From NCBI GenBank assembly GCA_016933915.1, contig JAFFZZ010000069.1:71-64070 (forward strand): 64,000 nucleotides of DNA. Direction: 5' to 3'. The position numbers were made by a program, and so were the translations under genes. Positions 28,051 through 37,496 of the stretch are shown here, piece by piece (within the stretch, counting starts at the first letter, position 1; each line of letters opens with the position of its first letter). The notes beneath the pieces are model-generated. The model searched no databases and was not told the DNA's origin. It saw only the letters and a list, made by a program, of their open reading frames with translations. Source of the DNA: Candidatus Babeliaceae bacterium. Its GTDB lineage: Bacteria; Babelota; Babeliae; Babelales; Babelaceae.

Positions 28051-29052
28051 ATGGTTGATTTAAAGAAATTGATTCAAAATGGTGTGCAGTTTGGTCATCA
28101 GACCTGGCGTTGGTCACCACTTATGGCGCCTTACATTTGGGGCGAAAAGAATGGTGTTCATCTTATAGATGTTTCAAAAACAGCCCTGCAGCTTGATCGC
28201 GCTGCACGTTTTTTAGAAGGTGTTGCTGCTGAAGGAAAGCAGATACTGTGGGTTGGCACCAAAAAATCTGCGCAAAATGCAGTTCACGCTGCTGCAGAAT
28301 CTCTTAAATGTCCATACGTAGTAAATCGTTGGATTGGTGGTACATTATCTAACTTTTCTCAGGTTAAAAAATCGGTGACCAAGTTGCTTCATTTTGAAGA
28401 TGTTATCGATAAAGCAGAGAAGTATTCGTATACCAAAAAAGAGTTTGGTATGTTCCAGAAGTTGGTGAATCGCCTCGAGAAAAACGTTGGTGGCATTAAA
28501 TCGCTTACTTGGCCAGTGGGGGCCGTAGTGGTTATTGATGCTAAAAAAGAGTCAACGGCTGTTCGTGAAGCATTTACGATGGGCATTCCGGTGGTTGCTT
28601 TAGTTGATACAATTGGGTGGCCTCGCGATGTTGTTGTTGATTACCTTATTCCGGGGAATGACGACGCTGCTCGTGCGGTGAGCGTTATTGTCGCAGAATT
28701 GTCTGACGCCATAGCGCGCGGTCGAGAGCTTGCGCGTGCAAGAAAGGCCGAGAAGACTGCTGCTGAAGAGGCCGCTGCTCTTGAAGCTTCTGCTGAAATT
28801 GGTGAGGCAGGTATTTTGCTTGATGAAGGCGAGGAAGCGGAAGCTGGAAAGAAACGTGGCGCTCAGCGAAGGACTGCAAAGATTGTGGCGCCTGGGGAAG
28901 AAGTTGACGGAGAAGTGTCGCACAAAAAAGGCGAGCGTAAGCCTGCTCCCGCTGCATCCCGTTCGTCCTCTGCTCTTCGTCGTCGTTTGCCAGCGCAGAA
29001 AAAAGGTGACGCTAAAAAGTCTACTGAGAAAAAAGCTGATAGAGCTTCGTAA
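28051..29052 (+). CDS. rpsB: 30S ribosomal protein S2 with ~100-aa charged C-terminal extension
   Basis: LIQNGVQFGHQTWRWSPLMAPYIWGEKNGVHLIDV, then VDTIGWPRDVVVDYLIPGNDDA. The tail is rich in E/A/K/R. Confidence 0.95.
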   Translation: MVDLKKLIQNGVQFGHQTWRWSPLMAPYIWGEKNGVHLIDVSKTALQLDRAARFLEGVAAEGKQILWVGTKKSAQNAVHAAAESLKCPYVVNRWIGGTLSNFSQVKKSVTKLLHFEDVIDKAEKYSYTKKEFGMFQKLVNRLEKNVGGIKSLTWPVGAVVVIDAKKESTAVREAFTMGIPVVALVDTIGWPRDVVVDYLIPGNDDAARAVSVIVAELSDAIARGRELARARKAEKTAAEEAAALEASAEIGEAGILLDEGEEAEAGKKRGAQRRTAKIVAPGEEVDGEVSHKKGERKPAPAASRSSSALRRRLPAQKKGDAKKSTEKKADRAS

Positions 29053-29062
29053 CAGTTATTGC

Positions 29063-29154
29063 GGAGAGGTGTCCGAGTGGTTGAAGGAGCACGATTGGAA
29101 ATCGTGTATGTCCCGTAAGGGGCATCGGGGGTTCGAATCCCCCTCTCTCCACCA
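29063..29154 (+). tRNA. tRNA-Ser (anticodon GGA)
   Basis: Cloverleaf read by hand: acceptor GGAGAGG/TCTCTCC, anticodon stem CACGA/TCGTG with loop TTGGAAA, a long class-II variable arm, T-arm GGGGG-TTCGAAT-CCCCC, and an encoded CCA. Confidence 0.9.
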
Positions 29155-29160
29155 GAAAAT

Positions 29161-29245
29161 AGGGAAGCCCGTAAGAGGTCGTCGCAGAATCTGTCAGGTC
29201 CGAAAGGAAGCAGCAGGGGCGATCAACTCTGTACAGGCTTCTCTT
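29161..29245 (+). ncRNA. ffs: Signal recognition particle RNA (4.5S-type)
   Basis: GTCAGGTCCGAAAGGAAGCAGC (29193-29214) matches the conserved SRP RNA domain IV, which in E. coli 4.5S reads GUCAGGUCCGGAAGGAAGCAGC. The flanks AGGGAAGCC and GGCTTCTC close a long hairpin and a T5 run follows. It sits directly upstream of dnaX, as in Bacillus subtilis. Confidence 0.8.
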
Positions 29246-29276
29246 TTTAAAGATGCGCTTTTGTAAGGAATGATTA

Positions 29277-30992
29277 ATGGAACAGCAGGTGCAACTTAAT
29301 CTTGCCCGAAAGTGGCGATCGAAGACCTTTGGCGAAATTGTTGGGCAACGTCTGGTGGTAGAAACATTAACTGCCGGGCTTCGAAAAGGATTTTTTTTTC
29401 CTGTCTATCTTTTGACAGGAATGCGTGGTACTGGAAAAACAAGTGTTGGCCGTATCTTTGGGGCGGCGATTAATTGTCGTCGTTTTGAAGATTTCCAGCG
29501 TGGTGAACTTAGTAACGCTGAATTTCCATGTCAATGCTGTGATTCCTGTCTTGCTATGGGGAATGGTTCGCATCCTGATTTTATTGAGATTGATGCTGCT
29601 TCGCATACCGGTGTTGATCATGTACGTCAGATTGTCGATGAAGCTGCTTTTTTACCGGTGATGGGGCGCTGGAAAGTTTATCTTATTGATGAAGTGCATA
29701 TGCTTAGTAAGGCGGCATCCAATGCGTTTTTAAAAGTTTTAGAAGAGCCGCCGGCTTCAGCGCTTTTTTTGTTAGCTACTACTGATCATCATAAAATTCT
29801 CGAGACTGTCAGGTCTCGCAGTTTTCAGCTTTTTTTCGAATCGATTGCACCAGTAGAGATGAGCACGTATCTAGCTATGATTTGTGGTCGAGAAGGGATT
29901 ACCTTTGATGAAGCTGGATTGTCATTGGTGGCGAAACGGAGTGGCGGTGCACTTCGGGATGCATTAAATTTGATTGAACGAGCTCGCTTCCTACCGCACG
30001 GGGTAACCGCGTCGGGTATACGACAGATATGTAATGATATTGATGATGAACAGGTTGTTACTTTACTTGAATGTCTCGGGCGAGGTATTTCATCACCGGA
30101 TCTGTTTGATTTTTTGAAAGAGAATAGGTTTGACTCCTATCGTCCAGCGCTTATATGGGAACGTTTGGTTGAAGGGCTGCGTGTTTTTTTGTGGGCGCGT
30201 TATGATCGTTATACGGAGACGTATGCGGTAAGCAACGATCGCATAGCTGCTGTGGCGGGACTTTTCTCTGTTGATGAGTTGATTGATCTTTTAGATCTTT
30301 TTTACCGATCTGAGCCTCTTTTTATTAAGACATCTGCGCAACAAGTAGTTTTGGAGCGGCTGCTTTTAGGGGTAATAGCACGGTGTAATCGCCCGGTTGT
30401 TGTGCGAGAGTCTAAATCTGAATCTGATATTTCGGAGGTAGGCGTTTCGTTGGCGCCGAAGAAAGAGATAAAGGAAGAGCGGCGAACGGTTGCGCAAAAT
30501 CCATGGCAAGATTTCTTGCATTTGGTGAATAAGATGGATGGTGATCCTTTGGTACGAACGGTTTTGTCGCAAGGCGAGTGCACATTGTGGGATGATGGGA
30601 TGGTAAGAGTTACTTTCCCTAAAAAATTTCATCTCTATCAAGAACAGCTGGTGTTACGTCGTTCTTGGTGGCAGCCTCTTTTAGAAAAAGTTTTTGGAGT
30701 TGGGGCAACGCTCGTTCCTGATTTTTCGGGTGATGTGATAGCCCGTTCTTCTGAACAACGAGACGCTAGTGAATTTCCTGCTCAGCGGCAGACGACGGGA
30801 TCTCCGTCAGTAAATCGTGAGCAACGGATATCTTATCCACGGCGTTCATCTGAGTTTGCTAAAAAACCTAAGGTTCTGAGAAAGTCCGAAGTGGTAGTTC
30901 CCGGTGAAGGTGAGGAGTGGCGGCAGGCGCGTGCGTTAGCGGAATTATTTCCCGGAACGATAACGGTGTTACAGGAAGGTGGCTATGAATAA
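29277..30992 (+). CDS. dnaX: DNA polymerase III subunit gamma/tau
   Basis: WRSKTFGEIVGQ, Walker A GMRGTGKTSVGRIFG, zinc module CQCCDSC, and Walker B LIDEVHMLS. Confidence 0.9.
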   Translation: MEQQVQLNLARKWRSKTFGEIVGQRLVVETLTAGLRKGFFFPVYLLTGMRGTGKTSVGRIFGAAINCRRFEDFQRGELSNAEFPCQCCDSCLAMGNGSHPDFIEIDAASHTGVDHVRQIVDEAAFLPVMGRWKVYLIDEVHMLSKAASNAFLKVLEEPPASALFLLATTDHHKILETVRSRSFQLFFESIAPVEMSTYLAMICGREGITFDEAGLSLVAKRSGGALRDALNLIERARFLPHGVTASGIRQICNDIDDEQVVTLLECLGRGISSPDLFDFLKENRFDSYRPALIWERLVEGLRVFLWARYDRYTETYAVSNDRIAAVAGLFSVDELIDLLDLFYRSEPLFIKTSAQQVVLERLLLGVIARCNRPVVVRESKSESDISEVGVSLAPKKEIKEERRTVAQNPWQDFLHLVNKMDGDPLVRTVLSQGECTLWDDGMVRVTFPKKFHLYQEQLVLRRSWWQPLLEKVFGVGATLVPDFSGDVIARSSEQRDASEFPAQRQTTGSPSVNREQRISYPRRSSEFAKKPKVLRKSEVVVPGEGEEWRQARALAELFPGTITVLQEGGYE

Positions 30993-32289
30993 GGTGGTCA
31001 TTGTCGGACGTATGAATGTTGGTAAGTCGACGCTTTTTAATCGTCTGTCAACGCACGTTAAGAGTATGACTTTTGATTATGAAGGGGTGACTCGTGATAT
31101 CCTCAGAGATGATGTTTCGTGGCGAGGATATACCTTTGAACTTATCGATACTGGTGGTATCACTATTGAAAAGCCGGATGCCCCCCTCGTTCAAGAGGTG
31201 CGAGATCGAGCTTTGCAACAGATTAACGACGCAGATGTCGTTTTGTTTGTTGTTGATGGCATTGCAGGAGTGACCGCTGCTGATCAAGAGCTGAGCGCAC
31301 TTTTGCGGAAGCGTTCGCGACGTACTTTTTTAGTGATTAATAAAGCTGATGCAAAAGTAACGCAAGAAAATATCCCTGAGTTTTATCAGCTCTATCATGA
31401 GCGTATGTTTCCTATTTCAGCACTCCATGGGACTGGGATCAATGATTTACTCGATGCGGTTGTTGAGCTGTTTCCTGCTGTTCCTGAATCCGTTGGTACG
31501 GAAGAAACGCCGGCTTACCGCGTTGTCCTTCTTGGGAGACCAAATGTGGGGAAATCATCCCTTCTTAATCAGTTGGTGAAAGAAGAACGGGCATTGGTTT
31601 CAGAAATTCCGGGTACTACTCGTGAGCCGCTCTCCGAGCGAATTTCGTTTTATAAGGAGATGTTGCAGTTGACCGATACTCCGGGGATTCGGCGTCAGCG
31701 TGCGGTAGAAAAGGGTCTTGAGTCACTTATGGTGAAAAGTTCTTTTCGTGCGTTGAAGGATGCTGATATTGTCCTTCTTCTTGTCGATGCCTCTGAAGCA
31801 CGCCTTGTTGATCAAGAGTTGAAACTTGCATTTTATGCTTTTGCAGACATGCACAAAGCGCTTATTTTGCTTGTAAATAAAACTGATCTTCTTGACGGTG
31901 AGAAGCAAAAGGAGTTGGACGCATCTTTTGAACGCTATCCACATCTGATGAAGAAGATTGAAAAACTTTCTATCTCATGCAAAACAGGAAAGAATGTAGG
32001 ACGAGTATTGCCTCTAGTAAAAAAAGTATGGGAGCGTATGACTCAACAGTTTCCGCCTGAGGAGTTGACACGTGTCATTATAGGTTCTTTGCGGTCGGTG
32101 CCTCTGGTAAAGAGCGAGCAGCGTTTGCAGGTTTTTACTGTTGAGCAGGTTGGTGTAGCTCCAATTACGATAAAGATGCGCGTAAATTATCCCCGCTTTT
32201 TTGAGACCTCTGAATTGAATTTTTTTGAAAATGTTTTGCGCCGGCACTATAGCTTAGTAAGTGCACCGATACGTTTTATCATTGTCTGA
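30985..32289 (+). CDS. der: Ribosome-associated GTPase Der (EngA)
   Basis: Two G domains (GRMNVGKSTLFN and GRPNVGKSSLLN), each with DTGG/DTPG and NKAD/NKTD motifs. The ATG at 30985 follows the SD AGGAAGG and overlaps the dnaX stop. Confidence 0.9.
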   Translation: MNKVVIVGRMNVGKSTLFNRLSTHVKSMTFDYEGVTRDILRDDVSWRGYTFELIDTGGITIEKPDAPLVQEVRDRALQQINDADVVLFVVDGIAGVTAADQELSALLRKRSRRTFLVINKADAKVTQENIPEFYQLYHERMFPISALHGTGINDLLDAVVELFPAVPESVGTEETPAYRVVLLGRPNVGKSSLLNQLVKEERALVSEIPGTTREPLSERISFYKEMLQLTDTPGIRRQRAVEKGLESLMVKSSFRALKDADIVLLLVDASEARLVDQELKLAFYAFADMHKALILLVNKTDLLDGEKQKELDASFERYPHLMKKIEKLSISCKTGKNVGRVLPLVKKVWERMTQQFPPEELTRVIIGSLRSVPLVKSEQRLQVFTVEQVGVAPITIKMRVNYPRFFETSELNFFENVLRRHYSLVSAPIRFIIV

Positions 32290-32363
32290 TCACAACTATT
32301 AGTGAACCATGGTATATTGCACATGTTATTGGTCGCATTATTCCCTGCAAAGGAGGGTTTTCC

Positions 32364-32765
32364 ATGCAAAAAAAGATAACTTTTGTTGGTCGAGAACATG
32401 ATCCAGTTTTGGATAATCACATTGAAGAACAGCTGGGGAGACTCGAACGTTTTTTAAAACATGAGAAAGATCCTGTTTTTATCGATATGGTCGTTGAGTT
32501 TCATGAGCGGCATCAGTTCAACAAGGTTTCCATTCGTATTAAAACGCCGCATTATAGTTGTTATGCAGAACATGAGGGTCCCGATGTCTTCCTCGAAATC
32601 AATGAGGTAGTAGGACGGGTATATGAACAACTTCGTAATGAAAAGGAAAAGCTTGTTGATACACACCGGCATGGGTGCGGTAAGGAGTGTCGCACTGCCT
32701 ATTTCCAAGAAGATGTTCTCGAGATTGACGAGGAGATCATAGAGAATGAGCTCAAAGAGGATTAA
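32364..32765 (+). CDS. hpf: Ribosome hibernation promoting factor (short HPF/RaiA family)
   Basis: The SD AAAGGAGGG precedes it. The pattern I-x-G...LERF...V-V-F...V-I-I...A-H...D-F-L-I-E-V...EQLRNEKEKL matches the S30AE fold signature. The tail is acidic. Confidence 0.7.
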   Translation: MQKKITFVGREHDPVLDNHIEEQLGRLERFLKHEKDPVFIDMVVEFHERHQFNKVSIRIKTPHYSCYAEHEGPDVFLEINEVVGRVYEQLRNEKEKLVDTHRHGCGKECRTAYFQEDVLEIDEEIIENELKED

Positions 32766-32767
32766 TC

Positions 32768-34195
32768 TTAGGCGTATGAGCGAACAAGCTCGCTAAATTC
32801 TTCAGGCGTCATAGCGGCTACCTCGCTTCCCCATCGAGCTATTACTCTTTCATCTGTTGGATCTATCAGGAGGAGCGTTGGGTAGCCCTTGACGTCAAAT
32901 TTTTTATGAAGAGCATTGTTGACGCTATTTGAGGTGTCGGTTCCGTCAATGTTCACAAAGGTGATGTTTCGCAAGAGTGAACGTACCTTTTTATTACCGA
33001 TAATATTTTTTGCGATTGCTTTGCACGATGAACACCAGTCGGCACCAAAATCAATGATGAGTAAATGATGCTCTTCTTGTGCGAATGTTCGTGCTTCTAG
33101 GTACGATTCCCTTGTCTCAAGAAACATATTTTTTTCTGCAGATTGAAGATAGGAACGGTATGCGTTCAAGAATGGAAGAAATGCCCCCGTAATGAGCAAG
33201 AACCCAATGATAATTCGGTAGCCACGCACCCATTTTGAGATGAGTTTGTTGCGTGATTCGGTGAGGTAGAACATGCCGACTGCTATCATGGTGCAGCCGA
33301 TGAGAATGAGAAGTACGGTGAGTGGTACGATCGGTACAAGATAATAAAAACACATACTCAAGAGCATTATACCGAAGAGTTTTTTTACTTCAACCATCCA
33401 GAATCCTGCGCGTGGCATAAGTTGTAAAGCATTAGAAAAGGTGCCGATAATGAGAAGCGGAATACCGAGACCAATGCCAAAGACGAAAAGTAGGAGGAAA
33501 CCTGAAAGCTTGCTACCGATGGTTGCAACAATTCCGAGAAGCAATATAAGTCCTGGTGAAAGGCATGGTGATGCAACTGTTCCGCTAATTGCACCAAATA
33601 TAAACGCTGAGATTAAAGAACCGTTTACCGTTGTTTCGTTGCTACTCTGCATGAAACGTGGCACATGGAGCTCGACGATGCCAAGCATGGTAAGTGCCAT
33701 GTATCCTAAGAAGAGAACAAGAAAGAGGACGAACCAGACATTTCCGAGGAGTGCACCGAATTGTGTACTTCCCATAGCTGCCAAGAGCCCGAGTACGGCG
33801 AACGTTGTAGCGATCCCGGTAGTATAAGCAAGAGCTAAGAAGAAATTGCGAGCGAGAGATTTGCTGGCCGTTGTTTGTAGTATACCGACAGTGATGGGTA
33901 CCATTGGGTAGATGCATGGTGTGAGACTCATGAGGATACCGAGTAAAAAGGTGAAGAGGAGTCGCACCCATGGGGAGCGTGCTTTTTCAACAAAATTAGA
34001 GATAGTTGATTTAAATGTGGCAAAGGTTTTATCAAGAGTGTTGCATGCTGCTTGAAAAAATGAGGATTCACCGTTTTCTGAGACAAGTATTTTACAGAGT
34101 GGTTTTTCTACGGATGGTTTGGCGTTGCAGTGATGAGTGCTCAGGCCGATTACCAGGATTGCAGGAATGATTATAGCGAGGAATATTTTTTTCAT
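32768..34195 (-). CDS. dsbD: Thiol:disulfide interchange protein DsbD (CcdA-type membrane core plus C-terminal thioredoxin)
   Basis: Membrane Cys motifs LTPCIYPMVP and ASPCLSPGL, and a C-terminal thioredoxin motif DFGADWCSSCK. The track ORF runs to 34264. I prefer the ATG at 34195 (MKKIFLAIIIPAILVIG signal peptide), but this start is uncertain. Confidence 0.8.
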   Translation of the reverse strand: MKKIFLAIIIPAILVIGLSTHHCNAKPSVEKPLCKILVSENGESSFFQAACNTLDKTFATFKSTISNFVEKARSPWVRLLFTFLLGILMSLTPCIYPMVPITVGILQTTASKSLARNFFLALAYTTGIATTFAVLGLLAAMGSTQFGALLGNVWFVLFLVLFLGYMALTMLGIVELHVPRFMQSSNETTVNGSLISAFIFGAISGTVASPCLSPGLILLLGIVATIGSKLSGFLLLFVFGIGLGIPLLIIGTFSNALQLMPRAGFWMVEVKKLFGIMLLSMCFYYLVPIVPLTVLLILIGCTMIAVGMFYLTESRNKLISKWVRGYRIIIGFLLITGAFLPFLNAYRSYLQSAEKNMFLETRESYLEARTFAQEEHHLLIIDFGADWCSSCKAIAKNIIGNKKVRSLLRNITFVNIDGTDTSNSVNNALHKKFDVKGYPTLLLIDPTDERVIARWGSEVAAMTPEEFSELVRSYA

Positions 34196-34272
34196 AGGGT
34201 CCATCATTGTAAGTAAGGGGGTTGCACTATCAGAGATTTTTAGTACGATAAAATTACTTTTCATATTGTTAT

Positions 34273-34348
34273 GGGGCTGTAGCTCAGTTGGTAGAGCGCA
34301 CGGATGGCATTCGTGAGGTCACCGGTTCGATCCCGGTCAGCTCCACCA
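34273..34348 (+). tRNA. tRNA-Ala (anticodon GGC)
   Basis: 76 nt. Acceptor GGGGCTG/CAGCTCC includes the G3:U70 Ala identity pair. D-arm GCTCAGTTGGTAGAGC, anticodon loop ATGGCAT, T-arm CCGGTTCGATCCCGG, and an encoded CCA. Confidence 0.92.
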
Positions 34349-34353
34349 GTCTT

Positions 34354-35229
34354 TTATTCTTCCTTAATGCTAATTTTTCCGCGTACCGATTCAAGAACAA
34401 TTGTTGATGCAAGGTAATCCGTTGTGTTGCTATGCGCGCCAAGCATGCCTTGAATTTGATTCCAAAAATGTTTCTTTGATTTGTTGTTGAGTCGCATAGT
34501 CATTGGTTTCAGCGTGATGTGTTGATCGGTTGTTATGGTTCCTTTGACGCTGTGGGCGTTGAGGGTTGCGCGAGTTTTTTTGGGTATGATGAGTGTTATT
34601 TTTTCTAGCGCGTCGATGAAAATACTGGAGTTGGCAGGAAGTCGTACAAGTGATGCTTTGACTGATCCTTGTGGGGCACGTGCGGTAATGCCGCCTTGCA
34701 TTTCTTCGAGGGTGATAGATCCCTGATTGGTGCGTATATTAGTATCGCCAGGTATTCCTTTTATAGCGATATGCCCACGGCCCTGATCGATGTTGAGTGT
34801 AGTTGATGCAGAAGTATTGGTTGGTATATCCAGAGCAATTGCTACATACGCTGGTGCCTGATCATTAAGAGATTTGACTTCTATAGAAAGAACGCTTCCA
34901 TCGTGATGGGTAACAATTTTAGTCTGCTTGAGTTGGTCTTCGGAACCTTTTTTAACAGTTGTTACCTTTGTGTATGCTGCAGGCCCAGTTGCTCCTTGAG
35001 TGCCAATAATAGTTATATCCCCTTCTTTGTTTTTTATATTGATGACACTGTTGGTTGGCAAAAGAAATTTTTGTTCGAGAGTGTCTTTTTTAGATCTGCT
35101 AAAAAAACCGGTTGCTCTTTCCCACATATCACCCATGAAAGATGATGCGGAGAGTGGCGTACATAACGTAAAAATTGTCAGCATGAGCATGAACCGTACC
35201 CCGCATAGTCGATTACATTTTTGTATCAT
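34354..35229 (-). CDS. Exported beta-rich protein, possibly DUF4097/adhesin-like
   Basis: The ATG at 35229 follows the SD GGAG. Signal peptide MIQKCNRLCGVRFMLMLTIFTLCTPLSA. Repetitive short beta-strand segments are present (GDITIIG, GHIAIKG, GSITLEE, GSVKASL, GTITTDQ). The family assignment is tentative. Confidence 0.5.
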   Translation of the reverse strand: MIQKCNRLCGVRFMLMLTIFTLCTPLSASSFMGDMWERATGFFSRSKKDTLEQKFLLPTNSVINIKNKEGDITIIGTQGATGPAAYTKVTTVKKGSEDQLKQTKIVTHHDGSVLSIEVKSLNDQAPAYVAIALDIPTNTSASTTLNIDQGRGHIAIKGIPGDTNIRTNQGSITLEEMQGGITARAPQGSVKASLVRLPANSSIFIDALEKITLIIPKKTRATLNAHSVKGTITTDQHITLKPMTMRLNNKSKKHFWNQIQGMLGAHSNTTDYLASTIVLESVRGKISIKEE

Positions 35230-35337
35230 AGGAGTTCTCCACGAAAAGAAAATGGGTTTTTCATGATCAATTAGTGTAAACAAATCATCGTTTTTCGTAT
35301 ACTCGTCTTATAAAAGCCGTGGTAAAGGAGTATTTTT

Positions 35338-36768
35338 ATGCGTAACCGTCCGTTGACACCTCTTGAATGCGAGCGTCTCGGTGGACTTTTAAAGAGTGAT
35401 TCGCTTTGGGATGCTGTTGTGGCCCGTATCCAAATGGCGGGGGGGCGAATTTTTTTGGTGGGTGGACTTGTACGTGACCTTATTCTTGGTCGCCAATTGA
35501 AAGATATCGATGTTGAGGTTCATCATCTTTCGCTTGCTCAGCTCAAAGAGATTTTAGAATCGTTTGCTCCGGCGCAAGAGGTGGGCAAAAGTTTTGGGGT
35601 TTTGAAGTGGCGGGGAATTGATTGGGCGTTGCCGCGTTCCGACGGGCCAGGAAGGAAGCCTGCGGTGGCAGTTGATCCTGAAATGTCTATTGAAAAAGCA
35701 TTGGAGCGGCGTGATCTGACGATGAATGCTATGGCAATAGATGTTGCGCATGATGAACTCATAGATCTCTTTGGCGGGGAGGCTGATCTTGCAGCTGGGC
35801 GCCTTCGCGTGACTAATTCTACTCGTTTTGTTGAAGATCCACTTCGTTTTTTTCGAGTGATGCAATTTATTGGACGTTTTGATCTTGAGCCCGATAATGA
35901 GCTTGATGACCTTTGCAAGAAAATGGATATCTCATCGCTTTCACAGGAACGAATTTACATTGAGTACGAAAAGCTTTTATTGCTTTCTCGTGCACCATCA
36001 CGGGGGTTTCGATGGTTGAAGAAGATTGAAAGATTAGATGAAATACTGCCTGAGCTCGGTGCCACTGTTTCCATTGAACAGCCGCTTCGCTGGCATCCTG
36101 AAGGGGTTGTCTTTGAACATATTATGCAGGTGGTTGATGCTGCTGCTCAGCAGCGAGGACTTCCCGTTGAGCAACGTAAATTGTTACTTTATGGCGCACT
36201 TGCGCATGATCTTGGAAAGGTTGAAGCTACTAAACGACTTCCGGATGGTCGATTGACGGCGCAGGGGCACGAAGAAGTTGGCGTTTCGATAGCGCGTACT
36301 TTGCTGCGGCGGATGACCGGAGATAAAGATTTTATTAAATCTGTTCTCATTATTGTACGCCACCATATGGCACCAGGAATCTTTGTTAAAAACAATGCGC
36401 GTCCAGCTGCCTATAAAAGGTTAGCTCTTAAGATATATCCTCTCTCTATCTGGTTGCTTGCTACATTTGGGCGTGCGGATTTAGCAGGTCGGAATCCTGT
36501 CAGCAACGATCCATTGCCGGGGCCATTTCCTGTTGTCGATGAGTTTGAGGAAAAAGCTGACGCCATCGGTGTTCTTTTTGGGCCTGAAGAGCCGGTATTG
36601 CGAGGAAGCGATTTTATTGATTTTGTTTCTGAAGGGCCTTTGCTTGGTGATATGATTCGGCGGGCATACGAGATACAGATTGCTGAAAATTGTACGGAGG
36701 CGGCTATTCTAAAGAAACGTGTTGTGCAAGAATATATTGGTAAGCTGTTTCCGGATCAAAAGGGTTAA
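35338..36768 (+). CDS. cca: CCA-adding tRNA nucleotidyltransferase with HD domain
   Basis: GGLVRDLILGRQLKDIDVEV (the GG-x-VRD...D-x-D polymerase-beta motif), RDLTMNAMA, and the HD region LAHDLGK. Confidence 0.85.
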   Translation: MRNRPLTPLECERLGGLLKSDSLWDAVVARIQMAGGRIFLVGGLVRDLILGRQLKDIDVEVHHLSLAQLKEILESFAPAQEVGKSFGVLKWRGIDWALPRSDGPGRKPAVAVDPEMSIEKALERRDLTMNAMAIDVAHDELIDLFGGEADLAAGRLRVTNSTRFVEDPLRFFRVMQFIGRFDLEPDNELDDLCKKMDISSLSQERIYIEYEKLLLLSRAPSRGFRWLKKIERLDEILPELGATVSIEQPLRWHPEGVVFEHIMQVVDAAAQQRGLPVEQRKLLLYGALAHDLGKVEATKRLPDGRLTAQGHEEVGVSIARTLLRRMTGDKDFIKSVLIIVRHHMAPGIFVKNNARPAAYKRLALKIYPLSIWLLATFGRADLAGRNPVSNDPLPGPFPVVDEFEEKADAIGVLFGPEEPVLRGSDFIDFVSEGPLLGDMIRRAYEIQIAENCTEAAILKKRVVQEYIGKLFPDQKG

Positions 36769-36795
36769 AGATACAGAAAGGGAAGGTGGAGATAC

Positions 36796-37488
36796 ATGAA
36801 ACCAGTTACGCCTGTTGCGCATTCATTATGGGATGTTATTATAACCTCAAGCGTCCTTAGTAAAATTATTTTAGTAGGGGCATCGATTGTCCTTATTTTA
36901 TGTTTTTTTATTTTTATTTATAAAATGTTGGTACTTCAGGAAAAGAGACGAAGACTTGCGCGTGCGATGGAATCGTTGCAGGAAGCCTCCTCTTTTAATG
37001 AGTTGCTTAATCTGGGGGCAACGCTTGGTGGTACTGCCGCAGGGTGGCTTATTAGCTACGGTTTGAAAGCGGTAAAAGCGATTTTGCAACACGGCGGTGA
37101 AGCAAAAACAAAAATGTCGGCAGCTGAGGCAGTTATTTTTCAAGAGGTAATGGAACAAGGGGTAGGTGAGATTGCCCATAAAGAATATGCGTATCTGCCG
37201 GTCTTATCGGTAAGCGCAGCGGTGGCGCCATTAGTTGGTCTTTTTGGTACCATTTCTGGACTCATTCAAGCATTTATCGTTGTCGGGCAAGAACGGAGTA
37301 CCGATATTACAGCAATTGCTCCTGGTATTGCTGAGGCGTTGATTACCACTTTTGCTGGATTGGTGGTCGCTATCCCGGCTTTTGTTATGTATCATTATCT
37401 TTTGAATGCGGTGCGTGATTTTGAGCGACAGCTCGTTGCCTTTGAATATCAGTTTGAATGGTTTGTAAAGCGATTGCTTGTCGAATAG
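36796..37488 (+). CDS. tolQ: TolQ/ExbB-family proton channel
   Basis: Three TM segments and the MotA_ExbB signature IAPGIAEALITTFAGLVVAIPAFVMYHYL. It is first in a tolQRAB-order cluster. Confidence 0.8.
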   Translation: MKPVTPVAHSLWDVIITSSVLSKIILVGASIVLILCFFIFIYKMLVLQEKRRRLARAMESLQEASSFNELLNLGATLGGTAAGWLISYGLKAVKAILQHGGEAKTKMSAAEAVIFQEVMEQGVGEIAHKEYAYLPVLSVSAAVAPLVGLFGTISGLIQAFIVVGQERSTDITAIAPGIAEALITTFAGLVVAIPAFVMYHYLLNAVRDFERQLVAFEYQFEWFVKRLLVE

Positions 37489-37496
37489 GGGGCGTA

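Noticed and set aside
28730-29266. 178-aa plus-strand ORF.
   Set aside because: It spans the rpsB 3' end (out of frame), the tRNA-Ser gene and the SRP RNA gene.
29277-30992. Programmed -1 frameshift site in dnaX, as in E. coli gamma/tau.
   Set aside because: I did not find an A-AAA-AAG-type slippery heptamer while reading the gene. My scan was manual and not exhaustive.
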